A DNA stretch of 64,000 nucleotides from positions 62,001-126,000 of the forward strand of contig CAXHJY010000491.1 in NCBI GenBank assembly GCA_964016885.1, in the 5' to 3' direction. This DNA is from Eledone cirrhosa (taxonomy: Eukaryota). Positions 30,369 through 44,597 of this stretch are shown one piece after another. The translations under genes and the position numbers were made by a program. The notes beneath the pieces were generated by a model, which was not told where the DNA came from, searched no databases, and saw nothing but the letters and a program-made list of their open reading frames with translations. How positions within the stretch are numbered: the first letter of the stretch is position 1; each line of letters opens with the position of its first letter.

Positions 30369-33300
30369 ATAAAAAAGAAGATTTACAGAGAATTCAGTCA
30401 TCAAGAAAAACATAATTGTAACCTAATACAAGAAATAACTAAGATCACCACATTAAGAGAAAAATTAATATTTATAAACCTTATATGTCTTGAAGAAAAG
30501 TACATTGTTCAAGAATGTGACAAGCACTTTAACAAGAAACTTAGGTGGCTCAAACAGATGAAACTAAACGAAGAAACTTTAGAGAGTATCGATAGATATC
30601 CTGACAAGAATGACGGTATAAACATGGCCGACATCTCATTAACAGATGAATTCAACAACAACACAAATATATATGGGAACACTACAGTCGACTCTGATGA
30701 ATTATCGATATTACAGCTACCACCTAAATATGCCACATATAATAAGGTAAATATGATGAAATGTTTATCAGAAATAGAAAAATCATTTACAAAATTACGT
30801 TGGAGCCTCAAAAACAAAAACAAAAACAAAAGTAACAACATACGCACTCACACACACATACAACATACATCTCAACAACAACAGACACATAGACACAAAC
30901 AACGATAACAACAACACACACATCAACAATAATAACACTCAGAAACAACAACAACAGACACACAGACACAAACAACACAGCAATAATAACATACACGCAC
31001 AACAACACAACAACAACAACACACATCAACAACAACAACAACAACACACACACATTCTATGCCTCTCACCACCACCACAATCTTAACAAACACACAGACA
31101 AAGAAAACACAAAGTAAGGGAAGGTAATGGGATTGAAAGGAGAAAGAAGGCTATCGATACTGACAGAGAAAATAATCAGGACGAACACACAGATACACAA
31201 AATAGAGTAGATAATAACAATGAGCCAGAGGAAAGAGACAGGAGTAATAATGAGAGACATAGAAACAACCATAGGCTGTTCGTGGAAATAGAAATAGAAA
31301 CAACACAACTAACAATAACAATAGCAATAGTACACATAAAGCAGCAGCGTGGAACACTACTTTTTATAATCCTTCCGATATGTCCTTCGACCTACGACGA
31401 GTCCATGCCACGACTTTAGCTTTTAACAAACGCACGCAATTGCCGTCGCAGGTCGATGAACAACCAGAAGCACAATTTAGTATAGCTAGATCTAAACTTA
31501 GAAATATTATAGAACAGTATAGCAAGAAGCAAAATAGAATGGAGGCCCAGCAACTGGGAGAAAACTCTGCAAATGGCTTGCGTAAGCTCATGCTGCGCTC
31601 GCGTAATGGAGATATTGCATGCTTTCCAACAGACAAGTGTGGCAGAATATAGGTTGACAGTCTGTCAAACTACATCCAGGCAATGCAACCCCACATCGCT
31701 AACACAAGAGAAGTAACACCACAAGAGCATGAGGTTAAGGACAAAACCCTCAATGCCCATATGATGATGTGGACAAACATAATGCAGCCCAGCAAGAGGA
31801 CTGCCAACAACTTCCAGGCCTGGAATAATTACGTGCCAGCGTTGTATGGGCTTCGAAAAGACCATAAAACGAGCAGTGACGCTGTCACAGGACCACCAAC
31901 ACGGCCAGTCTGTGAAGCTAACATTGCTAGTAACTACAGACTTACCTACTTCCTCTCCCTGACCATACGCCCCATCATTGAATTGTCCCCAGATATATAC
32001 GACAGCACGGAGGACCTCCTCAGCAGAATCAGCTTAAGTAACCGATCTAGGGACCTAACAAACTGCATAATAGGTAGTATGGATGTTGTGTCCCTATATC
32101 CATCCATTGACGTGGACTTTGCTGTGGAGAAATGCGTAGAAATGATCAGTGAGAGCAATGTTGAATTCCGTGGGATTGATACCAGTGAGCTGAGACTCCT
32201 ACTTAAACTTACCTATAGTAATGATTATCTAGATACATATGGCCTTAGCAACCTGTGCCCTACAAGACCAGCAACAGGCAGACCACCTACCATTACCTCA
32301 ATGGCCAAGAAAACCCACAGAGATAGATGGAACGGGTAGACCAGAGCCATACGGCCCCGAAAACCACGATGAACTAAAGAAAATGATTGTACATGCCGGT
32401 GGGGGCCAGTATAAATTAACCCTTAAGGAACATATGCTCAAATTTAATGGAAAAACATATACCCAAGAGGAGGGAGCAGCCATTGGTGTTAGCATTGCAG
32501 GTGACATAGCTAACCTATTGATGGTATGGGGGGACAATAGACTTAACATTAAACTTAAAGGACAATTAGAAGACTGCAACATCTTAACCCTGATAATTTA
32601 CTCGCCCTATGTTGATGATATAAACATCGTAGTAAAAACACCCCCACTAGAAAACAGTCAGGAATTAGAGCAAAACACTATGGAAAGCATCCAGCAAATA
32701 GCTAACTCCATCCACCAGAGTATTAGAGTTACTATAGACTACCCAAGCAAACACCCCAACCATCGATTACCTGTACTAGACACAGAGCTCTGGTTAGAAA
32801 CCATGTGAATTAGCAGTATCGGTAGAGGTTCGGACGCCATGCTTTCCAGCATAGTTACGTCCCTTTACGATCTGAGTTCAAATCCCGCCGAGGTTGACTT
32901 CGCCTTTCATCATTACGGGGTCGATAAAATAAAGTACCAGTAATGCACTGGAGAATTGCTGGCCTTGTGCCTAAAGTAGAAACAATTAATAACAAAAAAC
33001 AAATCCTCCATTCCCATTATGCCAAACCCATAACTTCCAAATATCTGATCCACCGAAACTAAACTGTTGCGGACCACACCAAAATCAACATATTGATTTC
33101 GAATTTGGTGGGGTGATGAGAAACGTGTCCCGCATGTGCAACCCCAAAGAACTAGAGAAACACATACAACATTTCATCCACCGTATGCAGTTCTTTGGTT
33201 ACAATCAGAGAGATAAAATCAGAGTATATAGAGGAGCCAGAACCAAATGGGAAAATATGGTAAATAATGGTACAAATGGGACCTGCGCCTTGTACAGGAG

Positions 33301-33883
33301 CAAATTTTGGAATAGAATAGAAAGAACTAACAATAAATTCCAGAGTGTAATGTTCATCAATACAACTCTTAGAGGTGAATTAGCTTACAAATTTAGAAGG
33401 GCTCTAGATAAACATAAACTCAATATTAAGATAGTAGAAAGACCAGGTACATCCATAAAAACACTTATTAGCAATACAAACCCTTTTCAAAGTCCTCGCT
33501 GTATAGATAAGAAATGTATAATCTGTAAACTAAGCCCCCATATTAACTGTAAAACTAGAAATGTAGTATATAGCATAAGATGTACTGAAGGACAATGTAG
33601 AGATAAAAATATAGTGTACATAGGTGAGACAGCTCGTAGTATAGGAGAATGGATAAATGAACACTGGCGAGAGCTTCAAGATAGTAAAGAATCATCTGTA
33701 CTCCACCAACGTGATCAAATAGAACATAAGGGTAAATTAGAGAACATAGAAATAAAAATAGAATCTACACACAGAAAAGACGCAATGTTTAGACAAATCA
33801 CAGAGGCAATAATCATAAATGAACTCCAACCAAAATTAAATAGAAAACATGAATGGAATATCAACATCACAACTTACAATTAA
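30369..33883 (+). pseudogene. PLE reverse transcriptase / GIY-YIG endonuclease ORF, disrupted by a stop, frameshifts and a SINE
   Basis: LSILQLPPKY..EIEKSFTKLRW; FDLRRVHAT; PTDKCG then in-frame TAG at 31650; LYGLRKDHK..GPPTRPVC; GSMDVVSLYPSID; YTQEEGAAIG; YVDD; CIDKKCIIC..CKTRNVVYSIRC..C..YIGETARS..EH; RQITEA..PKLN. Confidence 0.93.
32804..32987 (+). mobile_element. SINE inserted in the RT of the right PLE arm at the identical site
   Basis: B-box GAGTTCAAATCCC; flanked by TAGAAAC on both sides; introduces the stop ending ORF 32239-32808. Confidence 0.9.
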
Positions 33884-34083
33884 GGACAAAATGAAAACAC
33901 ACACACACATAGAACAAACAAGCAACCAGTAACATGTAAATAAACAAATAAATAAACAAATATAAACACACACAGACAGCCGGATGTAACACATGCGCAA
34001 ACTAAGCACACAACATACACAAAAACAAGATGGCATAGAACAGAACAAAGGAGAGGCACAAAAACAAAGAAAATAATCCCCAG

Positions 34084-34124
34084 TCACTGAAGAGGTCACA
34101 GAATGTGTGACGAAAGAACTTTGA
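34084..34124 (+). ncRNA. Minimal hammerhead motif in the PLE 3' UTR (right arm)
   Basis: TCA CTGAAGA G GTCACA-GAATG-TGTGAC GAAA GAAC TT TGA. Confidence 0.7.
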
Positions 34125-34273
34125 GAATATATGAACAATCGTCTGGTTGTGGAACCAACCACCCAACTGGAAATTAAAAAATTCTTAGATTTATCAATTT
34201 AATTTATAATAAATTGGAGTGAAATCAACTGGTGCGTGTGTTTCTGATTGGCGACCTGACCCTCCCAAAGCAT

Positions 34274-34326
<53 letters not shown>

Positions 34327-34329
<3 letters not shown>

Positions 34330-34628
34330 ATAATAATAAATTTGAAGAATAAATCCAAAGAGGGCTAGATAAGGATAAATATATAGCAAATATATAAGAA
34401 ACGTAGAGCAAAAATTTATTAAAATAACAGCTTAAAGTTTAAGCAAAGAATCGCTGCTTTCACACTTAACGGGATCTTCTGAAAGTAACAAAGTCAATCT
34501 GTAAACGCAGAAGTTTTTTGAAATATCCACTTCTGCATTTACAGATTGACTTTGTTAGTTTCAGAAGATCCCGTTAAAGGTGAAAGCAGCGATTTTTTTG
34601 TTTAAACTTTAATCTGTTATTTTAATAA

Positions 34629-34664
<36 letters not shown>

Positions 34665-37063
34665 TAAAATAACAGATTAACGTTTAAGCAAAGAATCGCT
34701 GCTTTCACCCTTAACGGGATCTTCTGAAACTAACAAAGTCAATCTGTAAACGCAGAAGTGGATATTTCAAAAAACGTTGCAACCGGAGGAAGACAGGAAG
34801 ACGATACTTTGGTTCGTGGAAACGTTCGCTGGCTAAGAACGGGAAAAAACGAATATAATACGTCATTAATAGGAGCGGTGAAAAACAATTACGCGCAAAG
34901 ACAGAACCACGTTTATGGTATAAAAGAGGTCGTAGACTAATGTTCTCTTAGGTGGTGCATAGAGACGTTCTCTGGCAATGAACGAAAAAACGAAGATAAT
35001 ATACGTCATATGTGGAGCGTGGAGAACAATAGCACGCAAAGACAAAACCACGTAAATGGTATAGCAGAAGTCATAGACTAAATTCTAACTAGGAGACCGA
35101 ATGAATCTCCGCTACAGAGTTAAGAACAAAGTAACTAAATACAATACAGAAGTAATAGAAATAAATAAATACAAACACGCAAACAAATACGTACATACAC
35201 AAGCATACGCAAAAACTTACCATAGGTAAACAAAACCACGCACATATAAATATGTGTGTGTGTAAGCGTGTCTACAAATAAATAAATAATTATATATACG
35301 TATATAAATAAATAAATACGTATATAACAAGCGCACACACATACCTACATGTAAATACACGAATGTTCGGAGACGTAAGTCAACCAAAATATGAAGTACA
35401 CATATACACACGCCCTACATACGTACGAACCTGCATACTCACACAGACGCAAAACTCCCGTATACACATAGCCGAACCATATGTACCAGAAATTAAAAAA
35501 AATGATACGCCATAACAATCAAATATACGTACGCGAAGGTATACGTACCTTCACAAAACATACGGATAATATATACTTACCTATGCAAATAAGTAAAGGT
35601 ATAAACAAACATATACTTAGCTCCAACATTGAGACGTAAATATCCACGTATAGATCGAACTATCCGTTAGGGTATAACGTGGGGCTGTAATACAGGAAAG
35701 TTTTGTGCAATTTATGTTTACAAGCCGAAATTGCCTCAGATTTTTTGTTTAAGATGTGGTCTGTGGCGTAGAGTATTTCCAGGGCCTCAGCGGCGCAGAG
35801 GTCACATGGTCTTTTATTTCCGTTATACGGTCTAGCCCTAGCTAGGATCTACCGAGGCCCTGGAAATACTCTACGCCACAAACCACATCTTAAACAAAAA
35901 ATCTGAGGCAATTTCGGCTTGTAAACATAAATTGCACAAAACTTTCCTGTATTACAGCCCCACGTTATACCCTAACGGATAGTTCGATCTATACGTGGAT
36001 ATTTACGTCTCGATGTGGGAGCTAAGTATATGTTTGTTTATACCTTTACTTATTTGTATAAGTATATATTATCCGTATGTTTTGTGAAGGTACGTATACC
36101 TTCGCGTACGTATATTTGATTGTTATGGCGTATAATTTTTTGATATTTCTGATACATATTGTTCGGCTATGTGTATACGGGAGTTTTGCGTCTGTGTGAG
36201 TATGCAGGTTCGTACGTATGTAGGGCGTGTGTATATGTGTACTTCGTGTTTTGGTTGACTTACGTCTCCGAACATTCGTGTATTTACATGTAGGTATGTG
36301 TGTGCGCTTGTTATATACGTATTTATTTATTTATATACGTTTATATAATTATTTATTTATTTGTAGACACGCTTACACACACACACATATTTATATGTGC
36401 GTGGTTTTGTTTACCTATGGTAAGTTTTTGCGTATGCTTGTGTATGTACGTATTTGTTTGCGTGTTTGTATTTATTTATTTCTATTACTTCTGTATTGTA
36501 TTTATTTACTTTGTTCTTAACTCTGTAGCGGAGATTCATTTGGTCTCCTAGTTAGAATTTAGTCTACGACTTCTGCTATACCATTTACGTGGTTTTGTCT
36601 TTTCGTGCTATTGTTCTCCACGGTCCACATATGACGTATTATCTTCGTTTTCTCGTTCATTGCCAGAGAACGTCTCTATGCACCACCTAAGAGAACATTA
36701 GTCTACGACCTCTTTATACCATAAACGTGGTTCAGTCTTTGCGCGTAATTGCTTTTCACCGCTCCTATTAATGACGTATTATATTCGTTTTTCCCCGTTC
36801 TTAGCCAGCGAACGTTTCCACGAACCAAAGTATCGTCTTCCTGTCTTCCTCCGGTTGCAACGTTTTTTGAAATATCCACTTCTGCGTTTACAGATTGACT
36901 TTGTTAGTTTCAGTAGATCCTGTTAATGGTGAAAGCAGCGATTCTTTGCTTAAACTTTAATCTGTTATTTTAATAAATATTTGCTCTACGGTTCTTATAT
37001 ATTTGATATATATTTATCCTTATCGAGCCCTCTTTGGATTTTATTCTTCAAATTTATTATTAT

Positions 37064-37066
<3 letters not shown>
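34327..37066. mobile_element. Penelope-like element family 3: head-to-head palindrome of two 3' ends (arms ~34660-35788 and 35854-36979, outer tails 34327-34412 and 36980-37066)
   Basis: Long near-perfect inverted repeat with ~65-bp spacer, bounded by (TA)n at 34278-34326 and 37067-37118; extra inverted 3'-end copies at 34413-34631 and 37119-37225. Confidence 0.9.
35660..35848 (-). pseudogene. C-terminus of a PLE GIY-YIG endonuclease (Nematis-like by motif recall); not in the ORF track
   Basis: Manual translation ILARARPYNGNKRPCDLCAAEALEILYATDHILNKKSEAISACKHKLHKTFLYYSPTLYPNG* matches IL..A.PY......C.LC..E...IL......LNK..E..S.C.H. Confidence 0.8.
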
Positions 37067-37121
<55 letters not shown>

Positions 37122-37221
37122 ATAATAATAATAAATTTAAAGACTAAAATAAAGAGGGCTCGATAAGGATAAATATATATCAAATATATAAGAACCTTAG
37201 AGCTAATATTTATTTTTTAAA

Positions 37222-37255
<34 letters not shown>

Positions 37256-37469
37256 CTCAGCCGGCAATCGTATACGGATATATATATATACATACAGAAG
37301 GTTGCTTGTGTCTGGGGGGGGGGGGGGGGTGCGTCTGTGTGTGCGTCAGTGTGCTGTTGTGTCCAATATATGATATATTTTCAAGAAAGTGAGTACCCAA
37401 AATAACAAAAGCTGTTGGGTGATTTGTTGTTAAATAGTGAACAGTATCTAAATCATTACACATATACGG

Positions 37470-37925
<456 letters not shown>

Positions 37926-38859
37926 GGTAAATAACGACCTGTAGATACTTATAAATAGTTTTTAGAAGTCAAGTAAAATGATTTAGTGACTGTAATAGAG
38001 TAATATATAAAGAGAAAGATGAACGATTAATCAATAATTTAACTCCTGACTTCCCTTCAGTTTCTATTTCTTATTTCAACATAATATATATATTAATAGG
38101 AACTCCTTCATTTATTAGACAAAGACAACAAAATATGTTGACAAGTCTATTTAATATTAAAAAATGTCGCCTTTTGAACCTCTTACAGTGAGGAAATTGT
38201 TGATATCATTTGCTGCCCTTAGATATATAAATTTACCCTATTGTAGTTTAGCTCTTTCATACAGTAAACATCATTTTAGACAACCGACAATTACTTTCAT
38301 TTGTCAATAAATTTGTCTTATTCGTGTCACAAAGTCAGAATAAGAATATAATAAGGGAGACAGTACATGACTAATTCCAGAGTGAATGAAGCTATATATT
38401 TCTTGGTGTGGTGTTTTGTCGGTATGATGTCATATATCATACTCCATTGGGTTGCTGGAATATCGTTTGTTTTCAGGCGCCTCAGTATGTTGGAGCCTAT
38501 GTTTCATTAATAGTCCTCACCATACGTGGATACTGGAAACTTCAGCCATGAGCAAATATATATGTAAATACGTATAAACACAGCTCCTAATTATCAACTC
38601 ATATATCAAATACAACTGGAGATACGAACAAAGGTTAAAATCATAAAATTAAACTGATATTTATTAAAAGAAACATATCATAAGTGTCTTTAACTCTCTT
38701 AAAATAGAGAAAGAATCGATCGACAAGATCTCAGACCTCATTCGCTCTCCGAGTGGAGGGGAGGACTCATCAAATCAGACCAAAGAAACACAGTCTCCGC
38801 TGTTTTTTCCATTGCTGATACTACCTACCGCTCGTATCTCCCGGAAGAAAGAATAATTT

Positions 38860-38958
38860 AAAGTAAAGTGGCTGGCTGAAGCACATAACGCATTGGAGTA
38901 TCGAACTCGCAACCTCCCGATTGCGAATCCAACTCTCTAACCACTAGCCAACGTGGCC
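38860..38958 (-). mobile_element. tRNA-derived SINE head (second family)
   Basis: Minus strand GGCCACGTTGGCTAGTGGTTAGAG (A box)...GCGAGTTCGATAC (B box), followed by TGTGCTTCAGCCAGCCACTTTAC; no complete cloverleaf. Confidence 0.7.
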
Positions 38959-39179
38959 TAAAATAGTGATAACTAAAATGTAGGAATCGAATAAATACCT
39001 GTTATAATGGGAAGCTTCGGAATTATTAGAAAGTAAGTAAACAAATACATACCTGATTCGAACTGTGTGTGAAATAAATACTAAATGAAACAATCTTTTC
39101 TTTAGTTACACGGGGAAAGTCTTCCTGATATCTCGGAGCAAATTATTTCCTTGTCTGAATCAATTAAATTTCAAACTAG

Positions 39180-40915
39180 CTTCAAAATCTCACCTGTAAT
39201 TTCAAATTACCCGAAACATAACGTCATTGTGGAATATAAATCTCCAATTATATCATTCCAATGGAGTACTAAGTTCTAAGAATATAAACATTAACTGTGG
39301 CATTTTCCAAAGTGACTCACTTTCACCCTTAATTCTTTGAATAGATTACATCCGAACTTAATGGAACAGGGTAGGGTTACAAAATTGACAAAAACCCACC
39401 TATTTTATATGGATGATAAACAATTTAGTGATGACATCAGGATGGTGTTTGGTCTTGATAAGTGTGCCAAAGCCACTTTCAAGCAGGGAAGCTTATCAAC
39501 TCAAACTCAGTTGAATTAGATGCTGAAACAGTCATAAAGGAACTTGAGCAGGAACAAACCTATAAAAAATTAGGGACTAATAAGGGCTCTGGCATTCAGC
39601 ATGCAAGTATGAAAGAGAGGATATGGAAGGAATGTTACAGGATAGTACGCTCAGTTCTGAAATCAGAACTAAATGCTCATAACAAGGTGTTATCCATAAA
39701 TTCCTTGGCAGTTCCAGTCATCGCTAATAGCTTCGGTGTGTTGAAATGAAATATGAGTGAAATTAAAAGAATCGACACCAAAATCCATAAGTTGCTGACT
39801 TGTAATAGGATGCACCACCCGAAAGAAGATGTGGATCGTCTTTACCTTCCTAGAACTCAAGGAGGCCGTAGCCTGATCCAACTTGAACTTACCTACAGGA
39901 CCACCACTAGGACTGGCCAAATACCTTGAAACAACGAACGACTGTATGCTGAAAAACAAGAGAGAAGTAAGAAGCTTAATTCTATCTGGAAGGAGAGCAA
40001 ACAATATGCTACCGACCTCATGCTTGATATCCATGTTGGACAGAGTAAGGACACTGTTGCAACTGATGCTGTTCCTTTATTGATCATTCCCAGTGTTCAC
40101 ACAATTACTGGTATTGTAACAGCCTTGAGGTGCTACATTTTTAAAATTTCAATGAACAGATCTTTATATTTTCTTAGCTTGTCAAATTCTTTTGCCGCGA
40201 TATTGTTATCACAGGGAATACTCATATCAATCAGTAAATAGACCTTGCTATGTTGGTCTTTTACAATGATATTTGGTCTATTTGCTTTTATGGTCCGGTC
40301 AGTATGTAGAGGAAAGTCCCAAAGAATTGTTACTTTTTCTCCTTCAGTTACAGCCTCAGGGTGATGATTGTACCACTTGTCAGCAGCTTTGACTTTATAA
40401 TGCCGACATATTACCCAGTGTAGATTTTGGTCAAATCTGTCATGTCCTTATTTGTACTCTACTGGGACTAAAACTTTACATCCAGAGATTAAATGGTCCA
40501 CTGTTTCAGCCTCATCATTGCAGAATCGGCACTTTGGATTTACTCCATTTCTCATCACATTGACCTGGTAATTCCGCATCAGTAAGATTTGATCTTGGGC
40601 AGCTAAGATGAAGCCTTCGCTCTCTGCTTTTAGCCTGAGCTCCGCAGCCACTGATGTGTGTGCTTTTGGTCAACATCAGTTTGCTTGTTACGGGCCACGT
40701 ATTTGCCATGCAGAGGTTTCTGCTCCGACTTTGATGTTAATTGTTCTTGCTCTTTTGCTTTTACCATTAATTTTATATGCTTAGCATCATCATTTGCAAC
40801 AGTTTCCTTACTCTGTCCAACCTGGGTATCAAGCATGAGATCGGTAGCATATTATTTGCTCTCCTTCCAGATAGAATGTACTGCACATGTATTGAGAAGA
40901 GCACTACCTCTGTAA
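39180..40915 (+). mobile_element. R4/Dong-clade non-LTR retrotransposon remnant with an internal inversion (40070-40877)
   Basis: Plus strand: GIFQSDSLSP, THLFYMDD, FGLDKCA, SELNAHNK..INSLAVPV, RMHHPK..VDRLYLPR. Minus strand: PLHGKY, QWL, AAQDQ, CRFC..ETVDHLISGC, ILWDF..TDRTIKANRP..IDMSIP..KY.DL. Plus-strand end: TAHVLRRALPL*. Confidence 0.9.
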
Positions 40916-40929
40916 AAATGACATCCCTC

Positions 40930-41220
40930 CATGTATGTATGTGTGGAAGAGTGTGTGCGTGTGTGTCTGTGTATGTGTGTGTGTGTCTTTGTGTGCGTGC
41001 ATGGATATCTTTTATTTATATGCATGTATATCTATGTGTATGTATGTGTATATATATGTGTATGGGTATGTGTATGTATTTGTATCTGTATGTGTATATG
41101 TATATATATATATATATGCGTATGTGTGTGTGCGTGTATGTTAGTGTGTATATGTGTCCGTGTCTGAGTGTGTGCGTGCGTATGTGTGTGGATGTGTATA
41201 TGTGTGTATGTATGTGTATT
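40930..41220. repeat. Degenerate (TG/TA)n microsatellite
   Basis: Low-complexity run responsible for spurious CV/YI ORFs. Confidence 0.9.
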
Positions 41221-41488
41221 ATAATCAATGTGGTATGTTAACTGGCTTACCAATGTATGAAATGAGTTTATTACGTAGGTGTGATGAAGACACTCAGTAT
41301 GTACATGATTATGTACATAACACTGTACACAATCATTTCATATTAACATTATATATAAACAGAAACAATACTGACGGAAAGAAAAACAATAATAATAGTA
41401 ATAAATGTTTCTATTTTTGGCACAAGACCTGCAATTATCTCAGTGAAATACTGGTAATTTAATAGCAATCTGATATAATTATGAAGGA

Positions 41489-41967
41489 TTATAAAGAGAA
41501 AACATGTTTCTTAATTGACATGAGCATTCCATCAGATCGTAACTTCTCCTGAAAAGAGTTAGTAAAGTTCAGTGAATATAAAGATCTATCAATTGAAATT
41601 GAGAAATGTGGCATCTTAAGGCGTATACAATACCAATGATAGACAGCGTACTTGGAATGATAAAAAAGGGACCTGAAAAATATTTGGTAAGTCATCTCTG
41701 CAAGTGATACAGAAAATATTGCTGACTGTCATTGCCCATGTCCTGAGAAGAGAATTATCAATTTAAAATTCTATCAAAGTCATTTCCTGTTGTTTGTGCC
41801 CTTGTGACATCATTTGTATAACAATTGATTGTAAAATGTGTGGATTATCAAATTTTACCTGAGGTGCCAGGTTTACACTCGGTGTGATTTGGAAAGAAGC
41901 AAAATTTAAAGGAACTTTCAAATAATAATAATAATAATAATAATAGTAATATTAATAATAATTATTA
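41489..41967 (+). mobile_element. 3' end of a second R4/Dong-like copy ending in (TAA)n
   Basis: KEKTCFLIDMSIPSDRN..EYKDLSIEIEK..LGMIKKG..IAHVLRRELSI*; 3' UTR, then AATAATAAT run at ~41921-41967, the target repeat known for Dong elements. Confidence 0.85.
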
Positions 41968-42372
41968 TGAATATGACACTAAATAAAGGTATGGCCACGC
42001 TGAAAGACCAACAATCAGCTATTCTTTGTGTAAAGAAAAAAAAAATAAGATAGTATATAAGGCAATCAGACAACTATAATATGAGGCGTGTTTACAGAAA
42101 TATATTTCTTCTTGACAAGAAGCCATACTGGAAGCAACATAAGATGAAGGAGACTGCACACTTTGTATTCCCAATAGATTCATTTAATAAGCCGAATGCA
42201 GATTGAATCAGTAAACCTTATCAGTATGTCGAGTGCAATTTAGCACTAGAGTCTAACATATACTAAAGTCTACAAAGAAAACTATCTCTGGAGAAATAGA
42301 TGGAGATTTGTCCAAGATATAGTAATCTGTAAAGGTCAATGGGGTTCAAATCCAGTGGAAATTCTTTAAAGG

Positions 42373-42906
42373 TATATATATATAGAGAGAGAGAGGGGGG
42401 AGTGGCGTGTCTGTATGGGTGTGTGTGGTTTGTGTGTGTGTTTGTGTATACGTGAATGGGGATTTGTGCGCGCGTATATATACATATATATATATATACA
42501 TATGTGCATACATAGATACATAGATACATACGTACATACATACATACATACACACATACATACATATATACATATATACATACATATATACATACGTACG
42601 TACATACATACACACATACATACATATATACATACGTACATACATACATATACACATACATACAAATATACATACATACATACATACTTTTGGTTATATG
42701 TATATAATAGCTGGAAGAATCTCATATTCTCTTACCCCCCACCCTCGGTTCATACATATATTCTATATGATTCATATTATTATTATTATTATTAGTGTTG
42801 TTGTTGTTGTTGTGGTGGTGGTGGTGGTGGTGGTGGTGGCGGTGGCAATTGTGTAATCATGCTGGTCGTCACTATGATTATCATCCCCATTACCATCATT
42901 ATAGTT

Positions 42907-42940
<34 letters not shown>

Positions 42941-42990
42941 GTACTATCAAAAGCAGCAACAGCAACAGTAGCAACAGAAGCAACAACAAA
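42373..42990. repeat. Microsatellite cluster: (TA), (TG), (TACA)n, then (TAT), (TGT), (TGG), (TCA), (GCA)n
   Basis: Directly visible. Confidence 0.92.
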
Positions 42991-43409
42991 AAAGTGATCT
43001 CCATTTTTCTTTTTAGTGCTGATTGCTATTTCTGATATTGTGTTTGTCATATTTAATCTGATAAGTTTTGTATGTGTTGCCGGTTGAAATATGGAATCTA
43101 TTGTAACTATGTGGATGTACAAAGTTGATTGGCTGTCAGCAGCCATCAATAACGTCCGTCTTTCAACTAGAGGCTTACAGTATGATTATGTAAGAACGCA
43201 GGCATAAAACCAGAAACCATATATGCTAACTATTATTAGGAAACAACATATAACATTTTACTTGCTGATAACATGACTGGTAGCCATGTTATATCGACTT
43301 GTATGAAATATGTTGTAATAATGATTAACGCCGCGGTTAAGGTTTGCTAATGTGTACCAAGATACCTTATCTTTCTCTAAATTTTAAGGTGTATTTCTTC
43401 TTGATTTTT

Positions 43410-43790
43410 TAGTTTTCGAGATTAGGAGGAATTATGCCCCAGTGCAGCAACTAATTTCTTTTTTATTGCGCAAAGTCACTGCATTACCGGGCGCTGTTCT
43501 GTGTGTCTTGGACATGTGCAGTGTGGTTTTTGATGGTGGTGTTTCTTTTGTATTGAGAGTAATGTTCGTGATATGTATGCAGTGTCTAGCAGTACTATTT
43601 ACTGTAGGTTATATATATTTGTTAAGTCCTGGGGTAATCTTCATGATATGTGTGCAGTGCCTAGCAGTACTATTTACTGTAGGTTATATATATTTGTTAA
43701 GTCCTGGGGTAATCTTCATGATATGTGTGCAGTGCCTAGCAGTACTATTTACTGTAGGTTATATATATTTGTTATGTCCTGGGGTAATCT
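43410..43790. repeat. Dispersed repeat with three 75-bp tandem units; homologous to 49910-50190
   Basis: CAGTGCAGCA(A/G)CTAATT...TTGCGCAAAGTCACTGCATTAC...TCTTGGACATGTGCAGTGTGGTTTTTGATGGTGG is shared; 25-codon periodicity appears in the ORF track. Confidence 0.85.
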
Positions 43791-43833
43791 AATTCTCTAA
43801 CCACTCAGCCACGCTCCACTATATATGTCTGTA

Positions 43834-43962
<129 letters not shown>

Positions 43963-44418
43963 CTACGGCGTGTCTGTTCGATCACCCAATGCTATTCCGA
44001 GGTCTGTCTCATGTTGGGGTGTATTCCAGAGTAAAGGCAGCTGTTGTGTGCAAAGTGTAAATAGAGTAAATAGAATCGAGGTGAGTGTTGCAGCAAATGT
44101 AGAACCTTTATTGGAATATTACCATTGTTTCCACATCGATCAAATACGGGTACAGTCATAATGACGGGGCGCGACTCTTTTTCGACATCTCCTCAGATAT
44201 GCAAGTTTATAGCTATTGTAGCCAGGTGATCGATAGCGAAACAATTTTAATATGTTAATAAGGTGTCTACATGTGCTGCAACATTGACTTCGATTCTACT
44301 TACACGCATACATCTACACACTCTGTTTCTCAACTGTACGAAGTAGTCTGTCATGGCTTAATAGCTCTATACAGAAGTGCACACACACACACACTCACAC
44401 GTACATACATATATATAC

Positions 44419-44468
<50 letters not shown>

Positions 44469-44597
44469 TGTAGGAGGTGAGTTTTATTGTAGTACAATAA
44501 AGTAATGCAGATATCGGATAAGAAGCACTCTACAGTTTGTAGGACTGGAGTATACATAATATATAAGAACAAAAGATGGTTAAAAGAGTTCCATGTA

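Larger units (their letters stand above)
30369..34277 (+). mobile_element. Penelope-like element family 2, longer arm (N-terminal region, RT, C-terminal GIY-YIG, 3' UTR); Naiad-like by motif recall
   Basis: Continuous coding remnant in PLE order; ends CCCTCCCAAAGCATAACAA directly into (TA)n at 34278. Confidence 0.95.

Noticed and set aside
34450-36945. Hammerhead in PLE family 3 (CAGAAGA TCCC-GTTAA-GGGT GAAA GCAGCGA), four copies
   Set aside because: Position fits, but the core has A at U4, there is no UH after stem III and no stem I pairing in any copy; at best a dead relic
38885-38958. tRNA gene
   Set aside because: A and B boxes are present, but the acceptor stem and cloverleaf are incomplete and the sequence continues into SINE-like body
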